Assembly (NCBI GenBank): GCA_016716535.1
Contig: JADJWD010000005.1
Coordinates: forward strand, 545,385-609,384
Length of the DNA: 64,000 nucleotides
DNA from: Betaproteobacteria bacterium
Lineage (GTDB): Bacteria > Pseudomonadota > Gammaproteobacteria > Burkholderiales > Burkholderiaceae_C
Direction: 5' to 3'
Part shown: positions 1 through 8,324 of the stretch, piece after piece
Position numbering within the stretch: the first letter of the stretch is position 1
Layout: every line of letters starts with the position of its first letter
Translations under genes and position numbers: made by a program
The notes under the pieces: generated by a model
The model's database searches: none
The model's input: only the letters and a program-made list of their open reading frames with translations
What the model was told of the DNA's origin: nothing

Positions 1-47
1 TTGCCGAACTCGCGGCGCGGATTGCGCCGACGATGCAGGCCCGTTAG

Positions 48-1493
48 TCAGTCCGCGCCGAGCGCCGGCGCCAGGCGCGCGGGGTCCGCAGGTGCAGAGG
101 CCGCGCTGCGCGCGCCATCGGATGCCACAGCGATCTCGCCGCGCCCAAGCGCCGCCTCCGCCGCCACCCGATCCAGCGTCGGACTCGGCCAGCCGAGCAG
201 CGCGCTGGCGCGATCGGCGTGGTCGAGCAGCTCATTGCGGTCGCGCGCGCCGAGGTGCACGTAGCCGTAGTGGTGGCTGCCGGTCCACTTGAAGTCGCGC
301 GCCAAGGCGCTGCCGTGCTTCGGAAAGGCCAGCATCAGCGCCTCGGGGAAAGCGTGCGCGAGCGCGGCGCGCTGCGCCGGCTGCGGCACCGGCGGCACGT
401 GCGCCGGGTCGAACGAGCGGTAGACCAGGCTCGCGGCGATGTTGGCGTTCGGCTCGCAGCCGGGTGCGCTCAGCGCATCGCGGCCGTGCGCCAGCGCCAC
501 CGCCATGGCGTGCGGATCGAGCCCGCGCACGCGCCGGTAGAGGTCGCCGAACTGCGACGCCAGGCGCGGGTTGCACTCGATCACCGTCAGGCGGTCGCTC
601 GCCGCGTCGTGGAAGAACTCGAGGTTGAACATGCCGTGGCGGTAGCCGATCGCAGCGAGGAAGCGCCGCGCCACGTCGAGCGCGCGCCGCTGCGCTGGCG
701 CCGCCAGGCGGCTCGGCAGCTCCCAGCGCATGAAGGCTTGCGTGCCCGGGTACATCACCGCGTCGACGACGCCCAAAGCGTGCACCTGCCCGTTGTCGAC
801 CCAGCCGTCGAGGTTGTACTGCGCGTATTGCGCCACTGGCGGCGGCACCGGCTCCTCCAGCAGCATGCGGTGCGCGCTGCCGGCCTCCGGCAGGCGCGCG
901 CGGCACAGGCGGTCGAACGGGTCGACGAGGTGGCGGATGATCCACAGCTCGCGCCGGCCGAAGCGCGTGTGCGCCTGCAACGCATCGCGGTCGCGCACCT
1001 CGCGCGCCAGCACCGAGAAGGCGGCCTTCACCGGCTTGACGAACGCGGGGTAGGTGAGGCCGGGCGGGATGTCGTCGCCGTACGCGGCGGGCAGCGGCGC
1101 GAACGGCAGGTTCGCCTCGGGCGCCACCTGCGCGAGCACACGCCGCGCATGCAGCTTGTGCTGCGCGGCGAGGATGCTCTCGGGCGGCGTGCCTGGCAGC
1201 TTCAGCTTCTCGGCCACCAGCGCCGCGGCCAGCGCGCCGAAGTGCTCCTGCTGCGACAGCACCGCCTGCCAGCGCCGCCGCCGGCCGCGCGCGGCCTGCG
1301 CGGCGGCGAAGCGCTCGTGGTCGTACAGCGGCAGGCCGAGGTTGCTCGGGAAGCTGAAGAGGTCGAAGCCGGCGTGGTCGAAGTTCGGCGTGCCGGGTTG
1401 CGCCGCCAGCCGCTTCAAAGCGAGCCGGTCCCAGTCGTAGGCGAAGAGCCAGCCGGCGCGCGCTGAAGATCGTGGGGCGAAGAAGCTCGGCAC
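48..1493 (-). CDS. ATP-grasp domain protein, function unknown
   Basis: 481-aa ORF with an ATP-grasp-like core (FVKPVKAAFSVLAREV; MFNLEFFHD...RLTVIECNPRLASQF). Divergent from egtD. Confidence 0.6.
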   Translation of the reverse strand: MPSFFAPRSSARAGWLFAYDWDRLALKRLAAQPGTPNFDHAGFDLFSFPSNLGLPLYDHERFAAAQAARGRRRRWQAVLSQQEHFGALAAALVAEKLKLPGTPPESILAAQHKLHARRVLAQVAPEANLPFAPLPAAYGDDIPPGLTYPAFVKPVKAAFSVLAREVRDRDALQAHTRFGRRELWIIRHLVDPFDRLCRARLPEAGSAHRMLLEEPVPPPVAQYAQYNLDGWVDNGQVHALGVVDAVMYPGTQAFMRWELPSRLAAPAQRRALDVARRFLAAIGYRHGMFNLEFFHDAASDRLTVIECNPRLASQFGDLYRRVRGLDPHAMAVALAHGRDALSAPGCEPNANIAASLVYRSFDPAHVPPVPQPAQRAALAHAFPEALMLAFPKHGSALARDFKWTGSHHYGYVHLGARDRNELLDHADRASALLGWPSPTLDRVAAEAALGRGEIAVASDGARSAASAPADPARLAPALGAD

Positions 1494-1729
1494 GGTGTCG
1501 GCTGACTATCAAGCGGGAATCAAGCTGGGATCAAGTCGTGGTCGGGCCGCAGCCACGCGCGCACGGGCATGCAGCTTGCCTCCCGGCGCCTTCACGCCGG
1601 GCCGGGCGTCGAGGGACTTCATCTGCGGCATCGGGGCATCTCCTGGCGATGCGGGTGGGTCGTCGCGCAGGGTGCGACTCTATCGTCGCCGCTGCTAGAG
1701 TGCGCCGGCCGCTCCCTGCGGACAGTACG

Positions 1730-2719
1730 ATGCCCACACCGCTTTTCTTCCAGCTGGAGTCGATGTCCGCCGAAGCGCTGGCCGCCGAGGCGGCCGCGGG
1801 CCTGCGGGCCAGCCCGGCGGCGGTGTCGCCGAAGTTCTTCTACGACGCATTCGGCTCGCGCCTCTTCGACGCGATCACCGAGCTCGACGAGTACTACCCG
1901 ACGCGGGTCGAGGCCGGCATCTTTGCCGCCGACGCCCAGGCGATCGCCGATGCGGCGCTGTCGGCCAGCGGCCCGGCGCCGATGCTCGTCGACCTCGGCG
2001 CGGGCAACTGCGCGAAAGCCGCGCGCCTGTTCCCGGTGCTCGCGCCGCGCCGCTACGTGGCCGTCGACATCTCGGTGGACTACCTGCGCGATGCGCTGGC
2101 CGCTTTGCAGCGGGCGTGGCCGCAGATGGAGCTGGCCGGCGTCGGGCAGGACTTCGCCTCGCACCTGGCACTGCCGGCGGCGCTGGCTGCGCCGCCCGGC
2201 ACCGGCACGCTCGTTTTCTATCCTGGTTCGAGCATCGGCAACTTCGCGCCGGCCGAGGCGCTGCGGCTGTTGCGGCAGATGCATGCGCTGGCGGCACAAG
2301 CGGGTCAAGGCGGCAAGGGCGGCCTGCTCATCGGCGCCGACCTCGTGAAGGACGTGCACGTGCTCGAGCGCGCCTACGACGACGCGCTCGGCGTCACCGC
2401 GGCGTTCGACCTCAACCTGTTGCGCCGGCTGAACGTGCTGCTCGGCGCGGACTTCGATCTGCGTCAGTGGCGGCATGTTGCCCGCTTCGATACGCAGCAC
2501 TCGCGCATCGAGATGCACCTGCGGGCGCGCGAGGCGCTGACGGTGCGCTGGCCGGGCGGCGAGCGGCGATTCGCGGCCGGCGAGGGCATCCACACCGAGA
2601 ACTCCTACAAGTGGCAGCCCGGGGCGTTCGAGGCGCTGCTGCGCGAGGCCGGCTACACGCAGGTGCGCCGCTTCACCGATGCGCGCGGCTGGTTCGGCGT
2701 CTTCGTCGCGGCGGTGTGA
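1730..2719 (+). CDS. egtD: L-histidine N-alpha-methyltransferase (hercynine synthase, EgtD family)
   Basis: EgtD signature KFFYDAFGSRLFDAITELDEYYPTR and SAM-binding LVDLGAGNCAKA. Start moved to the ATG at 1730; the upstream part of ORF 1472..2719 is Arg/Ala-rich noise. Confidence 0.85.
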   Translation: MPTPLFFQLESMSAEALAAEAAAGLRASPAAVSPKFFYDAFGSRLFDAITELDEYYPTRVEAGIFAADAQAIADAALSASGPAPMLVDLGAGNCAKAARLFPVLAPRRYVAVDISVDYLRDALAALQRAWPQMELAGVGQDFASHLALPAALAAPPGTGTLVFYPGSSIGNFAPAEALRLLRQMHALAAQAGQGGKGGLLIGADLVKDVHVLERAYDDALGVTAAFDLNLLRRLNVLLGADFDLRQWRHVARFDTQHSRIEMHLRAREALTVRWPGGERRFAAGEGIHTENSYKWQPGAFEALLREAGYTQVRRFTDARGWFGVFVAAV

Positions 2720-2731
2720 ACGTCACTGCAC

Positions 2732-3994
2732 CTACAAAGCGCAGCTGCGGAAGCCCGCCGGCACGTCGCTGCGGTGCGCGGGGAAGAAGTTGCGGTAGCG
2801 CGGGTGGCGCATGCGCGGCTGCGTCATGAACGAGGCGCCGCGCAGCACCGGGCGGCCGTCGAACCACAGCGCCGAGTAGTCGCGATAAGGGTGCGGCGTG
2901 AAGCCCGAGAACGGCGTGAACGGGCTCGCGGTCCACTCCCACACCGCGCCCCACCCGAAGGCCGCGCCGCCGGTGAACGCGGCGCGTTCCCACTCGGCCT
3001 CGGTCGGCAGGCGGCGGCCGGCCCAGCGGCACCAGGCCTCGGCTTCGTGCAGCGTCAGGTGGCAGGCGGCGTCGCGCGGGTCGAGCGCAGCCCAGCGACC
3101 GTGCCGCAGGCGCTGCCAGCCGCCGGACGCACCGGACGACGCGCCGGACTTGGGCCGCAAGTAGCGCGGCCACGGCGCGGGATGTGTGCGCCGCCAGGCC
3201 CAGCCGGCGTCGCTCCACCAGCGCCGCTCGTGGTAGCCGCCGGCCTCGACGAACGGCAGCACGTCGGCCCAGCGCGCCACCTGCGCGTCGATGCGGTAGG
3301 CGGCAGTCGGCACGTCGGCGCGGCCGACCTCGTTGTCGAAGACGAAGCCGCGAGCCGTGGTGCCTTCGCCGCAGCCGAGCGTCCACGTGCCCGCGTCGAA
3401 CGCCAGCTCGGCCGCCGGCTCGGGCAGCGGCCGCGGCTGCCAGCGCGGGTCGGCGATCGCGATGCCGAGGCCCTGCGCCATGTACAGCGCCGCCTCGTGG
3501 TGCATGTCCTCGTGCATCAGCGACAGGCGATGGAAGTACAGCGCGTCGTCATCGTCGGGCGTGCGCTCGAGCAGCCGCAGCGACTGCGCCAGTTGCGCCG
3601 CGAGGTCGGCGCGTGTCGCCGCGGCGTCGGGCAGGGGCAGCGTCCAGCGGCTGTCGTGCGCCACGCGGCCGGAGTGATAGAGCGCATCGGCGCCAGCGCG
3701 CAGCGGCGGGTGCCGCACCACGTCGGGGTCGGCGCGCACGCCGTCGGCGCGCGCCGGGTTGCGTTCGATCCAGTACTCCTGGAACCAGCCGATGTGGCCC
3801 AGTTCCCACAGCGGCGGGTTCAGCTCGGCGCGCAGCGGCACCACGAGGTCGGGCCGCGCTTTCTCGTAGGCGGCAAAGGTGTCCAGCGTGTCGCGCCGGC
3901 TGGCCGCGAGCGCGCGGGCCAGCGCCTCGGCGCCGCCGTGGCGCGCGGCGTGCGCCTCGGCGCCCTCGCCGGGCAACGCCGGCTCGGTCATCAT
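2732..3994 (-). CDS. senA: EgtB-like DinB/FGE-sulfatase-fold enzyme, probable selenoneine synthase SenA
   Basis: HIGWFQEYWI (DinB-like N-terminus) and a C-terminal FGE-sulfatase-type region (WEWTASPFTPFSGFTPHPYRDYS...GASFMTQPRMRHPRYRNFFP). Adjacent to the senB-like/selD pair. Start uncertain: tandem ATGs at 3994/3991 chosen, ORF open to 4141. Confidence 0.7.
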   Translation of the reverse strand: MMTEPALPGEGAEAHAARHGGAEALARALAASRRDTLDTFAAYEKARPDLVVPLRAELNPPLWELGHIGWFQEYWIERNPARADGVRADPDVVRHPPLRAGADALYHSGRVAHDSRWTLPLPDAAATRADLAAQLAQSLRLLERTPDDDDALYFHRLSLMHEDMHHEAALYMAQGLGIAIADPRWQPRPLPEPAAELAFDAGTWTLGCGEGTTARGFVFDNEVGRADVPTAAYRIDAQVARWADVLPFVEAGGYHERRWWSDAGWAWRRTHPAPWPRYLRPKSGASSGASGGWQRLRHGRWAALDPRDAACHLTLHEAEAWCRWAGRRLPTEAEWERAAFTGGAAFGWGAVWEWTASPFTPFSGFTPHPYRDYSALWFDGRPVLRGASFMTQPRMRHPRYRNFFPAHRSDVPAGFRSCAL

Positions 3995-4070
3995 CGACGC
4001 TGCCGACGCCGTCACCCTTTTCGCCGCTGTCGTTCTCACTGCCGCTACGGCCACCGATCCGTCCTCACAC

Positions 4071-5138
4071 GTGCCTGCCAAGCCCTGCATCGTCATCGTC
4101 ACGCCGGCGCTGGCCGAGGCCAACAACGGCAACTGGCGCACGGCCCGCCGTTGGGCCGCGATGCTGTCGCCAGCTTACCGCGTACGGCTGACGAAGCACT
4201 GGACCGCCGGCGAGGGCGCGGCTGCCGGCGACGTGCTGATGATCGCGCTGCACGCGCGCCGCTCGGCGGCGTCGGTCGCCGCCTGGCGCGCCGCGCAGGG
4301 TGACCATGGCGACGGCGGCAGCGCGCCGCTGCTGCTGGTGCTGACCGGTACCGACCTCTATCGCGACATCGACACCGATACCGACGCGCGCCGCTCGCTG
4401 GCGCTGGCCGACCGGCTGGTCGTGCTGAACGAACTCGGCGCGGCCCGCCTGCCCGAGGCGCTGCGCGGCCGCTGCGCGGTGGTGCTGCAGTCGAGCCCGG
4501 CGCGCCGCGCGGTGGCCACGAAGCCCGAGCGCTACCTGCGCGCGCTGATGGTCGGGCACCTGCGCGGCGAGAAGGATCCGGCGACCTGGTTCCGGGCCAT
4601 CGCACGGCTGGCCGCGCGCACCGACCTGCGCTTCGACCACATCGGCGGCGCGCTCGATGCCACGCTCGCCGAAGCGGCGCGTGCGCTGATGGCGCAAGTG
4701 CCCGCCTACCGCTGGCTCGGCGAGCGCACGCACGGCGAAGTGCGCCGGCGCATCGCCGCCGCGCACGTGCTCGTACACCCGAGCGTGATGGAAGGCGGCG
4801 CGCAGGTCGTCATCGAGGCCATTCGCTCGGGCACGCCGGTGCTCGCCTCGCGCATGGATGGCAACGTCGGCTTGCTCGGCGCCGTCTACGGCGGCTATTT
4901 CGCGGTCGGCGACGACGCGGCGCTGGCCGCCCTGCTCGAGCGCGCGCGCGACGACCCGGCTATGCTGCCGGCCCTCGTGCGGCAGATCGAGCGCCGCGCA
5001 CCGCTGTTCGCGCCCGAGGCCGAGGCGCTCGCGCTGCACCGGCTGGTCGGCGAGTTGCTGGCCGGCGCGGCGGCATCGCGAGGTGCCGTCGCCGCCACCG
5101 CCACGCCGCCCGCCGAAGTTGTTGGAGACCCCCGATGA
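4071..5138 (+). CDS. senB: GT-B glycosyltransferase, SenB-type selenosugar synthase candidate
   Basis: N-terminal IVIVTPALAEANNGNWRTARRW and a C-terminal GT1-like EGGAQVVIEAIRSGTPVLASR. TGA overlaps the selD ATG (ATGA at 5135-5138). GTG start at 4071 is inferred; the ORF upstream of it overlaps senA antisense. Confidence 0.65.
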   Translation: MPAKPCIVIVTPALAEANNGNWRTARRWAAMLSPAYRVRLTKHWTAGEGAAAGDVLMIALHARRSAASVAAWRAAQGDHGDGGSAPLLLVLTGTDLYRDIDTDTDARRSLALADRLVVLNELGAARLPEALRGRCAVVLQSSPARRAVATKPERYLRALMVGHLRGEKDPATWFRAIARLAARTDLRFDHIGGALDATLAEAARALMAQVPAYRWLGERTHGEVRRRIAAAHVLVHPSVMEGGAQVVIEAIRSGTPVLASRMDGNVGLLGAVYGGYFAVGDDAALAALLERARDDPAMLPALVRQIERRAPLFAPEAEALALHRLVGELLAGAAASRGAVAATATPPAEVVGDPR

Positions 5139-6223
5139 ACGCCCCCGAGAAACCCGCGGCGATGGCCGCCCCGCCGAGCGCCGAGCCGCGCCTGACCTCC
5201 CTTTCACACGGCGGCGGCTGCGGCTGCAAGATCGCGCCGGGCGTGCTGTCCGAGATCCTCAAGGGCACGGCGGCGATGCCGGTGCCCAAGGAGTTGCTCG
5301 TCGGCATCGAGACCGCCGACGACGCCGCCGTCTACCAGCTCAACGACGAGCAGGCGCTGATCGCGACGACCGACTTCTTCATGCCGATCGTCGACGACCC
5401 GCACGACTTCGGCCGCATCGCGGCGACCAACGCGATCAGCGACGTCTACGCGATGGGCGGCCGGCCGATCCTCGCGCTGGCGCTCGTCGGCATGCCGATC
5501 AACGTGCTGTCGACCACCACGATCGGCCGCATCCTCGAAGGCGGTGCGTCGGTGTGCCGGGCCGCCGGCATCCCGGTGGCCGGCGGGCACACGATCGACT
5601 CGGTCGAGGCGATCTACGGCCTCGTCGCCCTCGGCCTCGTGCACCCGAAGCACGTGAAGCGCAACGCCGACGCGCGCGCGGGCGACGTGCTCGTGCTCGG
5701 CAAGCCGATCGGCGTCGGCGTGATGAGCGCGGCGCTTAAGAAGGGGCGCCTGTCGGACGCCGGCTACGCGCAGATGATCGCCAGCACGACGAAGCTGAAC
5801 ACGCCCGGCCCCGATCTTGCGCAGCTCGACGGCGTGCACGCGATCACCGACGTCACCGGCTTCGGCCTCGCCGGGCATGCGCTCGAGATGGCGCGCGGCG
5901 CCGGCTGCGAGGTACAGCTCGACTGGCCGGCAGTGCCGCAACTCGAAGGCGTGCGCGCGCTCGCCGCCGAGGGGCTGGTGACCGGCGCGTCGGGGCGCAA
6001 CTGGGCCGGCTACGGCGCCGACGTGGCGCTGCCGGCCGGCTTCGCTGCCGAAGACCGCGCGCTGCTCACCGACCCGCAGACGAGCGGCGGCCTGCTTGTT
6101 GCCTGCGCGCCCGAGGCGCTGGACGCGGTGCTCGCCGTCTTCGCCCGGCACGGTTTCGCGCAGGCCGCGGTGGTCGGCCGCGTGCGTGCCGCGGCGCGCG
6201 CCGGCGTGACCGTGACCGCGTGA
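5135..6223 (+). CDS. selD: Selenide, water dikinase (selenophosphate synthetase), Cys-type; senC role in this context
   Basis: SelD N-terminal motif SHGGGCGCKI (Cys, not a TGA-encoded Sec) and an AIR-synthase-like fold (TTDFFMPIVDDPHDFGRIAATNAISDVYAMGG). Confidence 0.9.
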   Translation: MNAPEKPAAMAAPPSAEPRLTSLSHGGGCGCKIAPGVLSEILKGTAAMPVPKELLVGIETADDAAVYQLNDEQALIATTDFFMPIVDDPHDFGRIAATNAISDVYAMGGRPILALALVGMPINVLSTTTIGRILEGGASVCRAAGIPVAGGHTIDSVEAIYGLVALGLVHPKHVKRNADARAGDVLVLGKPIGVGVMSAALKKGRLSDAGYAQMIASTTKLNTPGPDLAQLDGVHAITDVTGFGLAGHALEMARGAGCEVQLDWPAVPQLEGVRALAAEGLVTGASGRNWAGYGADVALPAGFAAEDRALLTDPQTSGGLLVACAPEALDAVLAVFARHGFAQAAVVGRVRAAARAGVTVTA

Positions 6224-7515
6224 CGATCGAGCCGCACGCGACGGTGCTGCCGGGCGGCGTGCGGCTGCTCGTCGGCCGCGCGCCGCATGCCGGCACCTGC
6301 AGCGTCGCGGTGTTCGTGCGCTGGGGCAGCGCGCACGAGAGCCCGCGCACCAACGGCATCGGCCACGTGCTCGAGCACATGGCCTTCAAGGGCACGGCGG
6401 TGCCCGGCGGCTTCGGCCGGCCGCTCGTGCGCGACGCGCGCCAGGTCAACCTGGATGCCGAGCGCCTGGGCGCCGAGGTCAACGCGCACACCGACAAGGA
6501 CCACACCGCGTTCTACATGCGCGGCCTGCCCGAGCACGCCGGCCGCATGCTGCGCATGCTGGCCGAGATCGTGCTGCACCCGAGCCTGCCCGCCGACGAG
6601 CTGGAGCGCGAGCGCCAGGTGCTGCTGCAGGAGTTCGCCGAGGACGAGGACGATCCGGTCGCCACGGCCTTCAAGCTCTTCGACAAGGCCTCGTTCGGCA
6701 TGCACCCGGCGGCGCAGCCGGTGATGGGCACGCGGCGCAACCTCGAGCGCTTCACGCGCGACGATCTCGTCGCGCACCGCGCCGCCGGCTACCTGGCCAC
6801 GCAGGTGGTGGTCGGCGTCGTCGGCGCCGTGCGGCCCGACGAGATGCAGCGCGAGGCCGAGCAGGCCTTCGCCGCGACGCCGCCCGGCGCCGCCGCGCCG
6901 GTGCCTGAGCCGGCCTGGCGCGGCGAGGTGCTGACGCGTGCGCTGCCGGGTTCGAGCCAGTCGCATCTGGCGCTCGGCTTCCCGGTGCCTTCGCGCCGCG
7001 CCGACGACCCGGTGGCGACCGTCGCCGCCGCGCTGCTGGGCGAGGGGATGAGCTCGCCGCTCCTGGACCGCGTGCGCGAGCAGCGGGGCCTGGCCTACTA
7101 CACCGCCTGCTCGGCCGACGTGCTGGACATGTGCGGCCAGTTCGTCATCGAGGCGAGCATGGCGCCCGACGACGCGGTGCCGCTGGTGCGCGAGGTGATG
7201 GCGCTCGTGCGCGAGCAGGCCGACAAGCCCGCGCCGCAAGAACTGGAGCGCGCGCGCCGCCAGCTCGCCGTGCGCGCGCTGCGCGCGCAGGAGCGTGGCC
7301 TGCGCTGGCTGGAAGACCTGGCGCTCGAGTGGCTGGCCACTGGCCGCCTGCGCCCCGAGGCCGAGCGCACCGGCCGCCTGCAAGCCGTGAGCGCCGCCGA
7401 GGTGCGCGACTTCTTTGCCGGCCTGGTGCGCTACACGCCGGCGCTGGCGCTCACCGGCAGCGTTGCGCGCGGCATGCGCGAGAGGCTGCGGGAGGCGCTG
7501 GCCGCGCCGCGCTGA
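6220..7515 (+). CDS. M16 (pitrilysin/insulinase) family zinc peptidase
   Basis: HxxEH zinc motif in GIGHVLEHMAFKG. The GTG start overlaps the selD stop (GTGA at 6220-6223). Confidence 0.8.
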   Translation: MTIEPHATVLPGGVRLLVGRAPHAGTCSVAVFVRWGSAHESPRTNGIGHVLEHMAFKGTAVPGGFGRPLVRDARQVNLDAERLGAEVNAHTDKDHTAFYMRGLPEHAGRMLRMLAEIVLHPSLPADELERERQVLLQEFAEDEDDPVATAFKLFDKASFGMHPAAQPVMGTRRNLERFTRDDLVAHRAAGYLATQVVVGVVGAVRPDEMQREAEQAFAATPPGAAAPVPEPAWRGEVLTRALPGSSQSHLALGFPVPSRRADDPVATVAAALLGEGMSSPLLDRVREQRGLAYYTACSADVLDMCGQFVIEASMAPDDAVPLVREVMALVREQADKPAPQELERARRQLAVRALRAQERGLRWLEDLALEWLATGRLRPEAERTGRLQAVSAAEVRDFFAGLVRYTPALALTGSVARGMRERLREALAAPR

Positions 7516-7521
7516 GCCCCC

Positions 7522-8196
7522 TCAACATGCGTGCAGCAGCGCCACCAGCTGCGCCTGGCTGTGCGTGCCGGTCTTCTCGTACATCTCGCCGACGTGTGTG
7601 CGCACGGTCGAGATCTTCACGCCCAGCGCTTCGGCCGCACTCGCCGGGCGCATGCCCTGGCACAGCATCTCCGCGAGCCGCGCCTGCGTGCGCGTGAAGC
7701 GGAAGCGCCGGCGCATCGCGTCGGCGCGCGTCAGCACGACGCGCTCGATCGTTGCCAGCACCCAGGTCGCCATGCCGACGCCGGCGTCGTGCACCGCCAT
7801 CGGCTTCAACGTCATCTGCATCGCCGGCCCGTCGGCCTCCAGCGCCAGCGTCACGCTGCGGCCGGCGGCGAGTTCGGCGTGCCACTTGCTGATCGGCACC
7901 CAGCGGCCGCCCTGGCGCACCGCGAGGCGGCCGCTCGCGTCGAGCCACAGGCCTTCGCAGCGCTCGATGCGGCGCGTCGCGGCCGGGTTGGATTCGAGCA
8001 CCGTGCCTTGCGCGTCGGCGACGACGAGCGGCGTCTCGAGGTGCTGCATCAGCGCGTGGCCGAGCGCGGCCAGGCGCAGCGAGCGCGCGCCGCTGGGGGC
8101 GGCAACCGGGGCGGGGGCCGGTGCGGCGAAGCGACTGAGCATCGATGGGGCCGAAAGCGTTGCTTCGGGGCTGCGGGGGATCGAGTGGAACTGCAT
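7522..8196 (-). CDS. LuxR/GerE-family transcriptional regulator with a sensor-like N-terminal domain
   Basis: C-terminal HTH FTRTQARLAEMLCQGMRPASAAEALGVKISTVRTHVGEMYEKTG. Confidence 0.75.
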   Translation of the reverse strand: MQFHSIPRSPEATLSAPSMLSRFAAPAPAPVAAPSGARSLRLAALGHALMQHLETPLVVADAQGTVLESNPAATRRIERCEGLWLDASGRLAVRQGGRWVPISKWHAELAAGRSVTLALEADGPAMQMTLKPMAVHDAGVGMATWVLATIERVVLTRADAMRRRFRFTRTQARLAEMLCQGMRPASAAEALGVKISTVRTHVGEMYEKTGTHSQAQLVALLHAC

Positions 8197-8294
8197 GGCG
8201 AACCTCCTGTGGCAGTGCGATGCATTGCACCGCAGGGGGCCCGCCGGGCGAATGACACCAAGGTATCCACTGCGGGAGGGAGGTGCGCGGCCGG

Positions 8295-8320
8295 GGCTTC
8301 GACAGGCTCAGCCCGAACGG
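8295..8320. repeat. REP-like element copy (GGCTTCGACAGGCTCAGCCCGAACGG)
   Basis: Same about-25-nt motif recurs twice at 13841-13886. Confidence 0.5.
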
Positions 8321-8324
8321 ATCA

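Noticed and set aside
3879-4070. N-terminal extensions of ORF calls, for example senB from 3879, egtD from 1472, sugar transferase to 22926, nucleotidyltransferase to 24643, kinase to 25176, orphan to 26596, xrtA from 35594 and copy-2 lipoprotein from 59844.
   Set aside because: The extended parts overlap neighbouring genes or are Arg/Ala-rich without motifs. Internal starts give recognisable family N-termini or signal peptides, and often 4-nt overlaps with the upstream stop.
8200-8260. The imperfect palindrome GTGCGATGCATTGCAC just upstream of the LuxR gene start, considered as a lux-box-like operator.
   Set aside because: It is only a short imperfect dyad, and no second copy lies in front of a plausible target gene in the window. 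That is insufficient to call a regulatory site.
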